Shown here piece by piece: positions 8,318 through 18,675 of a DNA stretch of 20,000 nt. The notes below the pieces were generated by a model, which saw only the letters and a program-made list of their open reading frames with translations, was not told the origin of the DNA and did not search any database. Source of the stretch: Chromera velia (Eukaryota); the NCBI GenBank assembly GCA_018398765.1, contig JAHBMJ010000488.1, forward strand, positions 107,397 to 127,396. Reading direction: 5' to 3'. Numbering within the stretch: the stretch's first letter is position 1; each line of letters begins with the position of its first letter. Both the position numbers and the translations under genes were made by a program.

Positions 8318-11300
8318 ATCAAAGCAATCATTTGACGATATCATGTATGAAAGACAGTGCTGAAGCAACGGCACGATTATTCTAATTGAATGAGAAGGAT
8401 GGGATTGTTTGAGAGAGACTGTTCTCTCTTCTCTTTTCTGCTGGGAGGGAAGGGGAGGGAAAAGGGTTCAAATGGTTCGTTCGTTTGTATCTCTCCTTTC
8501 TCCCGTTCCTCCCTCCCTTCTATCTTATGCTTGTTTGCGTGTCTGTCCATGCCGTCATTCCTTCATGTCCGTCCGTCTGTCCGTGCTTTGACTGTTTGTC
8601 ATAGGTTCTTGAAGGTGGAGAGGGCTTATAGGAGGGCGTTGGGTGTGCAGGTTGAAAGAAAGAAAGATTGGCGGTCCGTCACGGTGCAAAGCTTCGGCGC
8701 CTGTGCAGATTGAGGTGTGTGGTTGAAAGGAGAGAGAAGGGGAAACTCTCGATACGTGCAACAACTAGTTGCACAATGCCGGAAAGAAGAGAAAAACTTC
8801 GGGTCTTTCACGTGTGTGTGTGTGTGTGTGTGTGTGTCAGTCAACACAAAAGAAGCTAGTAACAAATTCTTAGTGCTCTCTTTCTCTTTCTCTTTCCCTT
8901 TTGTGGGTTGGGGAGGGTAGAGGGAAACGGTGGCGATTTGTCCCTTCCTTCCCTTTCTTCTCTTCTCCAGCCAGGGCTCTTTCCTTTCTGTGATGGTGAC
9001 GATGCAGATCGAGGGAGAAGCGAGAGAGAGAGAAAGCAAGAAAGAAAGAAAGGTACAGAGAAGTGGAGAGAAAAGAAAGTCCAGTTGGAACCCTGACTCC
9101 TTCCCTCACGCCTCCGTCCCCCTCACGAATTATTTCGTTCCTTCAACAATTATACTTCCACTCCTTGCGTTGCCAACTTCCTTCAATCGTTCGTTCCCTA
9201 CCTCTCCCTCTCTTCTGTAAGTAAAATCGTGCGTGTCCGTGAGTTTGCCTGTGTGTCTGCATAACTGTAAGTGTCCACTGTGCGCGTAGGAAGAAGGAAG
9301 AGGTCGATGCAAAGAGAGAAGAAGAGCTCAACGGAGCCCCACTGCAGCCGTACCGAGGCGTGTGTCCTTGTTGTCCCTCTGTTAATTGTTTGTGTGTACA
9401 AGAGAGAGAAAGAGAAAGTGAGCAGGTTTGTGTTTGTCTACCAGACCTACTTCTAGAAAAAGCTGGCGCCACGATGTACAAGTAAGTGAGTCAAAGGTTG
9501 GAGCGTTCTCGCTCGCTTATGGCTGTCTGTTTGGCACTTCGGTCGGTTAGTTGAGCATAGATCTGTCTGTCTAACCTACAGCCGTCCCATGGGTTTCTTG
9601 GGAGGAGGCATTTTGGCTTGATGCGGTGGCATTGCACGGCTGACACGTTTGTGTGTCATCGTGCTTTGCCGACAGTCTCTCTCTGTCTCTGTCGGGTCGG
9701 CTGCTTGCAGAGAAGGGAAGGATGGAGCAGAGACGAGTAGGCAGGCAAAAGTGATTTGGGGAGTGAAGGTAAGAAGACTGGAGTCCCCCTGTAATGCCGA
9801 AAGTAACTAAAGGAGAAGAAAGGATGCTCGAAAGAATAACTAAATAACTAAATATTAAATAACGAGGAAGGGCGTGTTGAGGAGGTGAGAACAAGCAGAG
9901 GAAGAAAGCTCCAAAAGAGAAGAGAGACGCACAGCAAGGGAAAAGAAGAGCAAGAGAATAACTTCCTCCCTGCCTGTCTGCCTGCCTGTCGGTGTTGTCC
10001 TCTTTGAGACACACGAAAAAGAGAAAAGAACCAACAAGAAAAAAGACATCAGCAGGCAGAGAGACTGACAAGGGGAGAGAAGGCTCTCTCTCTCTCCACA
10101 CCCCCTCCTCATCGATGCCTGACCAGACGATAGAGCGGAAGTTTGAGGAGGAAGAAGAGGGAAGAAGGAAAAGAAGAGAGGGCGTGCGAGAAAAGGAAGG
10201 AAGGAAGGAAGAAAGGAAGGCGGGAATGAGGGAAGGAAGGAAAGAACGAGCAAACAACTCAGAGAAAAGCCGAAACAAAAAGGAATGAAATAAATGGAGG
10301 CCCGCAGGTGGGTGTTAGAGATATGCTGGACATCCCTTCCCCTCCAGAACGTCTCGTTAGTTAACTTTCTGTCCGTCTGTCCAGATTTATTTCCCTGCTT
10401 CCTTTCCTTCCTTCCTTCTTCCGCATCGTCCTTTCTTTCTGTCCTTTGAGCCTTCTCTTCTTTTCTTTCTTTTCTCTTCATTCTCTTTTCTGTGAAGTCC
10501 CGCGGGACCTGTACTCATACAAACAAAGCCGTTAATGCATTCACGTGGTGTGTTGCGTGGACAGAGTGAGTGGTGAAGTGGATGCAACTAGAGAGAGAGA
10601 ACAGACGGACAGTAGAGAGCATGTGTGCCAGAGGGAATAACACAGACGCTCAGAGAAGACCAGAAGGGAACGAAAAGCGGGAATTAAGAAAGCCTCTTCC
10701 AGGAAGAGGGAGAAAGGGAGAGGGGTTGCCGATGCCCCCCTTCCCTTCCAACGACTCACTCACTTATTCATTCTCTCTCTCTCACACACACACACACGGA
10801 CACACAGAATTGTGAGAGAGGAAGGGCGCCTCTCTTCTCGTTCCCCTTTGTCCTCTCCCCCCTCAAGCTCGGCTTTATGAAAAATTCGGAAGAAAGGGAG
10901 AGGGGAAGTGCTGGAGGAGAGGTGAAGGTGAGCGTCCTGGAAACAAGGACGGACGGTGCGTGCTCTCTGTCTGTGTTCCCTCTACCTTTCGTCTGTCAGT
11001 CTGTCTGTCTGTCTGCATTGAAGGGTGAGGGATAGCGACAAGAGAAGGTGGGTGGGAAGGATGTAGTGAAGGAAAGGGTTTTTTTCAAATCGAGAGAGCC
11101 TCCTTCGTTCACTTCTTCCTTCCTTGCAAGAGTGGAAGAAAGGAGGTTATACGTGTGCAGAGAGACAGAGAGAGATTCGAAGGAAGGGAGTGCTAGCTGG
11201 CTGGATGAAAGGAAATCGTTTGTTTTCTTTCTTTCGGGGCGACTTGCAGGTTTGCACTCCTTGAGGTGTCCAGTGTGAAGGGGAGCTCCTCCCAAAACAC

Positions 11301-13554
11301 AACAGACACAAAGACAGAGAGAGACACAATGAGCCCTCTTTGTACCATCCACTCAGTCACCTACTTGCCCTGTGTTTGACACGACATGATGTGGCGTGAT
11401 TGGCTTTTGGCTGTTTCTTCTCTCTCTCTCTCTTTCTTAGAGCTCTCTATCTCTCTTTTTCATTGTACTTCTAGTTCAGCTTGCTGCAAGAAGGTGTTTT
11501 GTGTCCATTTGTGTGTGCATGTACGTGCCTTTGTGTATCCGTGTGTGTCCGAGTGTTTGTGTCTGACTCAAGAGACAGACAGACCGTCGGTGTGTTAGAA
11601 AGAAAGAAAGAAACCAATCCGGAATTCGGGGTGTGTCTGTCTCCTTTCGAATTTGCCTTCCTTCTTCCTCTGTCCCTTCTAGAAGTCCTCTCTCTTTGCC
11701 TCTATCTCTCTCTTTCTCTTCTCTTTCTCTGTCTGTCGTTTCGCCTCCATGCAGGCGAAATGGTCTGTTTGGTCTGCCACGAATTTGAATTTGCTCAAAT
11801 CAGTCAATCAATCAATGCGTGAAGGCGGGGGTGGGTTGACGAAGTAAATAATGGAGGGTTGACGGTCCTTTCGAGGGTGCGTGGTCGCATGAAGGAAGCC
11901 CTGCCTGTCCGGCAAAGGTATCCATCCATCCATCCATCCAGCTGGCCGCCTCCATGCATCCAGCCGACTGACCAGTGAGAGAAAGGGAGGAAGGAGACAG
12001 AGGGGGGAAAGGACAGGCAGATGGAAAGGAAGGAAGGAAATAAGGACATGCAGCGTCGCGATCGGTGGTCATCCGATATGATCTGTTCGAAGAGGACGAT
12101 GAGAGAGAACGAGGAGGAGAGAGAGCGTGCTCCTGCCTGCCTGCCTGTCTGTCTGTTCCTGGCTCTTCGATTTTGATCAATCGATCCATTCCTCCAACCA
12201 TCCAAGGGGTGTTTCTTTTCCTTTTCTTCCTCCCTTTCACGGACATCAGCTTGCTTCCCTTTCTCTCCTTCGAACGAAGAAAAGAGAAGAGAGCGCGCCT
12301 GACACCAGTCCTGCCTTCCTGCCTGCTTGACTGTTTGTCTTACTTGAGAACAAGTTTTGATCGAGTGAAAGGGTCCCTCCCTCCCTCCCTCCCGAAAACG
12401 TGGCACTGGCAGACAGTGAAAAGAAGGAGGGAGAGACGGATTTTCGCTGTTTTGACTTGACACACTCGGAGATGAAAAGAAACGGAGGAAAGTGTGGAGG
12501 GTAATGATTCATCCGAAGGAAGAGAAGAGAAGAAGAAGAAGAAGAAGGAGGAGGAGGAGGAGACAGATTGTCATTCTGCACTTCCCCCATGCGCCTGCCT
12601 GCATTTGAAAACGTCCATCCATACATCCATGCAGCAGTCAGTCTGGCAGTCAGTCCAGGCCGGAACAGAAGAGCCGCAAGAAGAAAGGAAGGAAGGATGC
12701 GTTCTTGCATTGATGGAGTCTTCTGTCTCTCTCATGACCTCGAGGTTGCCTTGCAGCAAGAGAAAGAATACAGGAGTATTCCCCTCTGCTTTCCGCCTCT
12801 CTCTTGTCTGCGACTGGAAGAGGAGAAAAGGTACAAGAAAAAGAATGGCCTGAGGAAGAGGGAAAACATTAGAAGAGAAAATAGAATGGAGAGGAGAGGA
12901 GACACCGGGGTGTGGTTCTCCCTTCCTTTTCCGCCGGAGGCTCCACCTTCGTCCCTCGATCTCTGTGTGTGTGTCCCTTTCTCAACTGATTTGTGGAGAG
13001 ACGCAGGTCCGTCCGAAAAGCGAGAGAGAGCAAGAAGCTGGGGCGGGCAGCTGACTGGCTGGGTGGTTGGGTGGGTGTGCAGAGAGTAGAATGAAAATCT
13101 TCCTTCCTTTCATTCTCTCGCTTGTGCAAAGAACGCAAACGGCTGAAGGTGAACTGAAGGTGGAGCTGAGGCTGATCGAGTCCTTGCATGAAGGACATTG
13201 CAGGTAGGTCGCTTGCTCGATCGAGCAGTCGCTTTAATTGTAAATGGACTCGGATGATTCGGCCCTCTCTTCTCAATTCGATCTTGTCTACTTTCTACCA
13301 CAGTCAGCGTTGGAGCAGGCAGGCAGGCGCAGGCAGCAGCTACAGGGATCGGACCCCAGATGAAACCCCGCGAAAGATGAATTAGATGATTGATTAACCC
13401 CTAGATTAACCCTTAACTGTAGCAGTATTCTGCAGCTACACAAATGTATTACTTCTTTCAGCTAGGCTTTCAGTTTGCACTGCTCTTAACCTAAATTCGA
13501 GCTCTACTTAATCTTATAGCACGCAGCTAATTCATGTATAACTAAGCGTTAGCT

Positions 13555-13796
13555 CTAGGCGACGCACAGTGAAAAAAAAAAAGAGAAAAAAAATCTTGAG
13601 AAGCCTAATCTTTTTTATTTTTATTTTTTATTAGAAGTGCCAAATATATAACAAAAACACATCTAACTACAAAACCTACCTTTACTAAGTTTGCTTGGAC
13701 CTTTGATCACCAGACTAAAAAAAAAAAAGAAAGAAAAAAAAAATCTTGACATGCATGTCTATTCTTTTTTTTTTTTTACCACTGTGCATCGCCTAG
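13555..13796. mobile_element. Non-autonomous DNA transposon (MITE), 242 bp, 17-bp TIRs, 8-bp TSD
   Basis: Left TIR CTAGGCGACGCACAGTG (13555-13571) and right CACTGTGCATCGCCTAG (13780-13796), 16/17 complementary and continued by A/T tracts. Identical flanking octamer CGTTAGCT at 13547-13554 and 13797-13804. No credible coding content. Confidence 0.88.
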
Positions 13797-14424
13797 CGTT
13801 AGCTATGTATAAAAAAAGAAAAAAAAACCAATTAAAAAAGCTTTTAAATTATATTTTTTTACTGTTTTTCCCAGTCAAACAATTAACTCTTCTTTGAGTG
13901 TTGCACAAGTATTATTCATGTGTTGCGCAACTGTTCTTAAGTGTTGTTGATCGAGGAACTATAAATTTAAATAATTCTATAATAGTTCAAAAAAGAAAAA
14001 AAAATTCTCTGGTTACTCTCATAAATGCTTAATTTAAATACTTTTATTTTTTTCTCCTTCTAGTTCCCCTTCTTTTAATAGCTGACACCTATAGATATAT
14101 ATAACTAGTACCAATTTAATTAACTAATCAATCCAATCTATATACCAATCTCTAGATACCATATAGTACCATACAGCAAAATAAAATATTAATAATGGTA
14201 TACACGACTTTTGTTAAGTCAGTAAGAAAGCAACTATATGAAGGGGTTTAAAGAGGTTTTTGATTTTGATCGTACATTAATTAATTGTGATGCGAATAAT
14301 AATGAATCGACGATCGTGCCTTTTCTGGTTAAAATTAAAGGAAACGTAATATGTAAAGCACGTCACATACAAAGGTATGCAAAGCCTCAGGCCATGTGCG
14401 TACAAGTTACAACAAATGAGTTGA

Positions 14425-14617
14425 TTGAAAACGGCCTGGAAGAGATTCCAGGTGGGCCACGGCCCACGGGATGTGGTCTAAGCCTCAACAATGGGGCACA
14501 CACCCCTGCCGTTTGCAGGGACGACCTCTACAACATAAAACGGCGACAACCTAGCCTGAGCTGAATGCTAGCGACACTGCTGAAAGGCACCAATAAATCA
14601 CTTATCACTTATCACTA
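14425..14617 (+). mobile_element. 5'-truncated non-LTR retrotransposon (LINE) or SINE 3' end
   Basis: GC-richer patch inside the AT island; short ORF terminus LKTAWKRFQVGHGPRDVV* (TAA 14479-14481); stem-loops; AATAAA 14592-14597 followed by tandem tail TCACTTA-TCACTTA-TCACTA. Short tandem-repeat tails are typical of CR1/L2/RTE-type elements. No TSD found. Confidence 0.62.
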
Positions 14618-15416
14618 ACGTACTTATATAAGCTTCGGGTAATAACCTCGATCTGTACATCCATATCTAGATCTATGTACTATCCCTCTTAAAATTATAT
14701 ATTGAACGTTAAGTCCATCTTTCTATACCCCCGTCAGATATAAAAATACAACATCCTAGACAAAATCATGTACAGTATGATCAAATCAGATCGATTGTAA
14801 TTTGTAAAAGAAATTTATTTTATGCCAGTTTATGAGTCTATGTTTCTCGTATTCGTTGCCAAATAGTTGGGTAAAGTAGCTGTGCATATAATAGTTTGCT
14901 TGAGATTTTCTCATTCCTACTATCCACCGACTGATGTATTCATATGTATTCCACTCCATGCTGACAGCTCCTCAACGGAGCGCTAGTGCCAGAGCATGGA
15001 GGGAGAGACAAGGCAATGGCTAGCGATAGATAGAGAGAGGAGACGCAAGGTGAATGAAGTCATAGAAAGGAAATAAGGCCCGGCCAGGGACTGCACCATA
15101 AGCGCCGGTTGCAGTGCAGTCTCCCATCCTGCATAGCAGGAACCTACAGCTACATACTGTCTGTCTGTCGCGTCTGTGATCAGCTTACTAGGCAGAGCTC
15201 ACAACAGAGATGCAGCAGGCTGACACTCATCGATCAATATTTGTTCAGGCGTGCCGGGACGTTGCGTGACGGAATGGTGGGCGCGTCGTGCTCCATATGC
15301 GTCCGTATATAGGCCTGCTGCGGGGCGGTGTGCGCCGCCCGTGCCTCTTTGTGCCCGATCGTGCGTGCGTCACGTCGGTGGGACTCTGTGTGCCGCCACT
15401 GGCACACAACACCGAC

Positions 15417-16195
15417 TCCACTCCTCCATCATCAAGCGCGAGTGTTCTTCCGTTAAGCATTTCAGGATCTCTCTAAGGAGTTTCTTGTTCTTCCTGTTTG
15501 GCCCAGCTTCGTACTGTCCGCCTTTCTCCTTCACCCTCAGATGTAACTTCGCAAGTTGACCCCGTTCTTCTCTGCACCAGGCGCATGTTGTATGAAAATT
15601 TCTGTCTACATCAATAGAATCATGCATAAGAGAGTCGATGCGTATGCGCAAAAAAAATAAAAGATGAATAGAAAAGATGTCCACCAAACTAAGCACCAAA
15701 AGAACCGCAGGGGAAGATCTTCTCGTCAGGACGCCTGCCCGCGTTGTCATGACACAACAAGAGTAACAGTGAAAATTGGTAGCTAGGAGGACAAGAAATG
15801 CATATAGCCACATGCATCAGCAGTGGCAATGTGAAAAGCACGAGACGTTGAAAGCAGTTATTTTCTGGACAGATGAGATGAGAGGAGAGGGGAGGAGAGG
15901 AGTCTCAGAGGGGAGAAGCGGATCGATCGAGTGGACAGGAGGCGTAAATGAAAAGAAATAGAAGAGGACACAAAAGACTCGAACAAGAGAAATAGACAAG
16001 GAAAGCAAGACAATCAATCCTAGCAATCAGTCAGAGATTAGGCAGTGACTGCGGAAGTCAAGGACAAGGAAGCGAAAAGGTAGTACCTAACTCACTTCTC
16101 ACTCACTCCGACTCACTCACTCACCGATTCAGCTTCTCGATTATCTGCTGGTACCGAAATCCTGAACTTTCCAGACCGTGGACGAAAGAAGGCCC
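15417..16195 (-). CDS. Two phase-compatible putative exons (16195-16125 and 15571-15417) of an unknown minus-strand gene or pseudogene
   Basis: cttcag|GPSFVHGLESSGFRYQQIIEKLN-CG|gtgagt joins in phase 2 to gtgcag|A-EERGQLAKLHLRVKEKGGQYEAGPNRKNKKLLREILKCLTEEHSRLMMEEW-A|gtcggt. A possible next exon starts at 15128 (RWETALQPALM...). No family recognised. Confidence 0.5.
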
Positions 16196-16304
16196 CTGAA
16201 GCAGATGGGTGAACTCACACTCATTTGTTCGGATCAACCATTGCACATGAATCTCATCTTTGCCCCCCCCCTTCCCTCCCCCTCCAGATGGACTCAAGGC
16301 GGGC

Positions 16305-17643
16305 CACCTTGAAGTTCCTGAAAACATATGGGACCACAACGCAAAGAGAGCAACAAGGAAGAACATCAAGCCAAAGCCACAAAACGAACACAAAGGTTCA
16401 TATGGCGAATTTCTGAATTGATTTGTAGAAATGTCACCGTGCATTGCAATGTTCTGAATGTCACCGTGGACATAGCCAAACCGTAGCCAAACCATGTGTG
16501 CAAACAGACAAATACACGCGCAGACCAACTCAGGACAGGAGAAAGAACAGATACCCCCTCCTGACCAGTCTTTTCACCCACCAACCAAGAAAACCCCTCC
16601 ACTCACTCGAATTCATCCAATTTGTTAGAGTGCAGATGATTCCATGCATCAATTCATCAATTCATCCATCCATCCATTCCTTCTCTCTGTCACTTTTCTT
16701 ACACCTCTGCTCCTCTCTTCACCCTCTGCTCGAGTCGACATGATGCGAATGACAGACAGTCAGTCGCTCATTACCTCGCAACCCTTCTGGACGATCTCTG
16801 CGCGTTTGGGAGGGAGTTTTGTCCCGCGATCTTCTTATGAAATCACCCCCTGTCTCCTCCCCCCCACAGAGACAGGGAGAAGAGAATAATCATTAGTTAT
16901 CATCTTTGCCCTCCAGGCAGCCAGCTTCATTTCACGCGCGTTCAGGTACGTATTCCCGTCAGAGGCACAAACATGAGAGCGAACGGGAAGACACACAAAC
17001 GAACAATCCTGCACTTCTTCTGCTATTTGCCCCCCCCGTCCCTTTGCTCATCACCTCGGAACCCTCCTGGAGGATCTCTGCGTGTTTGGGCGGGAGTTGT
17101 GTCCCTTGATCTCCTGCAATCAAATGAGCGGAACGGTAAAGTGAAGGTGAAAAAAGAATCCTCACCTCATTACTTCAAATGATGCACCCAGCTGGGTCCA
17201 GCAAGCTTCGTGGTTCGGAATGCGCAAGCATGAAGGACAAAGAAATGACATGACGATGCACTTGCGGGGAAAGGAGGCAAGAAAGGAGGGCGATTCAACA
17301 GGGAAAGGTCAGAAGGAGGATGCTTGCATGATTGAACATCTCAACAAGCATCCCAACTTTCAATGCGCATGACGAATAAACCAATCGACAGAGAAATGCT
17401 ACACATGTAGAGACAGGCCGAATACACTACTTCCAGCCCACTTACCTGCTTTCTTGTCTTCCGCGCACCTTGAAGTCCCTGAAAACACACGGGACCACAA
17501 CGCAAAGAGAGTAACAAGGAACCACATCAAGCCACAAAACCAACACAAAGGTTCATGTGGCGAATTTCTGAATTGATTTGTAGAAATGTCACCGTGCATT
17601 GCAATTTTCTGAATGTCACCGGAGACATAGCCAAACCATGTGT
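16305..17643. repeat. Dispersed direct duplication of ~180-195 bp (16305-16499 and 17466-17643)
   Basis: Near-identical blocks caccttgaagt...gaatttctgaattgatttgtagaaatgtcaccgtgcattgcaat...ccaaaccatgtgt; similarity resumes at 16500-16522 vs 17854-17876. Confidence 0.93.
16766..17112. repeat. Diverged direct repeat of ~67 bp (16766-16832 and 17046-17112), spacing 280
   Basis: gctcattacctcgcaacccttctggacgatctctgcgcgtttggg... vs gctcatcacctcggaaccctcctggaggatctctgcgtgtttggg... Confidence 0.88.
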
Positions 17644-17897
17644 TTCTTTCGCATTCTCTCGATCGTTTCTTCTTTCTATGTATGCAGCACAAAGAGAAAC
17701 AAAGACAGACAGACAATGAGAAAAGAAAGAGAGACGAAAAAGAACGACACGGTCAGTCAGACAAATTGAGTGTGGGCAGACAGACTGTATGCAGTGCTTC
17801 TATCCTTTCTTCTTTCTGTCCAGTTACACGATTGTAGACAGACACGCACATAGGCAAACAGACAAATACACGCGCAAAGATGCGTACACACCCATTG

Positions 17898-18049
17898 CAC
17901 ACACACACACACGCGCGCGCGCGCGCGCACGCACGCACACACACATAGAGAGAGAGAGAGAGAGACATACAAACATACACAGACATACGCACACACACAC
18001 ACATACGCACACATACACACAGACATACATACACACACACGCACGCACA

Positions 18050-18103
<54 letters not shown>

Positions 18104-18180
18104 GACAGACAGACAGACACACACACACACACGCACACTCTTACACACACACACACACAAAAACACTCATACCTACGCTT

Positions 18181-18211
<31 letters not shown>

Positions 18212-18227
18212 GTCACACACACACACA

Positions 18228-18259
<32 letters not shown>

Positions 18260-18287
18260 CTCACACACACACACACACATACACACT

Positions 18288-18319
<32 letters not shown>

Positions 18320-18451
18320 CACACACACATAGAGAGAGAGAGAGAGAGACATACAAACATACACAGACATACGCACACACACACACATACGCACACATAC
18401 ACACAGACAGACATACACACACACACACACACACATACATACACACGCACA

Positions 18452-18492
<41 letters not shown>

Positions 18493-18496
18493 NACA

Positions 18497-18531
<35 letters not shown>

Positions 18532-18576
18532 TCACACTCACTCACACACACACACACATACACACTCACACACACA

Positions 18577-18609
<33 letters not shown>

Positions 18610-18615
18610 TCACTC
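17898..18615. repeat. Compound (CA)n/(GA)n/(CG)n microsatellite array with an internal duplication
   Basis: Seen directly; block catacaaacatacacagacatacgc occurs at ~17966 and ~18350; single N at 18493. Confidence 0.95.
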
Positions 18616-18675
18616 GCTCACTGACTCAGTCACTCGCAGACTCGCTGACCCACAAGCTCAGGCCGTTGGACTAAC

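Larger units (their letters stand above)
13390..14960. other. AT-rich compositional island of foreign-looking DNA (boundaries approximate)
   Basis: Abrupt switch to A/T-tract, TA-rich sequence lacking the TCTG/GAGT/AGAG microsatellites that fill both flanks. Confidence 0.8.

Noticed and set aside
8318..13390. Numerous 60-235 aa ORFs in the intergenic region
   Set aside because: Derived from GAAG/TCTG/AG/CA repeats; no consistent exon chain or protein-like composition found on either strand.
13565..13786. Transib/RAG-type element bounded by CACAGTG...CACTGTG, with nonamer-like ACAAAAACA at 13651
   Set aside because: The flanking 5-mers (CGACG/CATCG) are inverted rather than a direct TSD, and the nonamer-like motif is not at 12/23 spacing. 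The larger TIR with an 8-bp TSD fits better.
13898..13947. GTGTTG(C) motif three times at ~21-22 bp spacing (CRISPR- or iteron-like)
   Set aside because: Repeats of only 6-11 bp with too few copies in a eukaryotic context; compatible with chance or a decayed minisatellite.
14238..14564. 108-aa ATG ORF in the AT island (MKGFKEVFDFDR...)
   Set aside because: Straddles the compositional junction into the LINE-like tail; no recognisable motif; likely a chance ORF.
14551..14590. Hammerhead ribozyme candidate (ctga...gaaa)
   Set aside because: Lacks the CUGANGA core and the required three-stem geometry.
14967..14987. Helitron-like 3' end (GCTCC-tcaac-GGAGC hairpin then CTAG|T) at the right island border
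   Set aside because: Stem is only 5 bp and 1 nt from CTAG rather than ~10 nt; no supportable 5' TC end.
17753..18605. Cys/Val-rich and His/Thr-rich ORFs
   Set aside because: Translations of (CA)n/(TG)n microsatellite.
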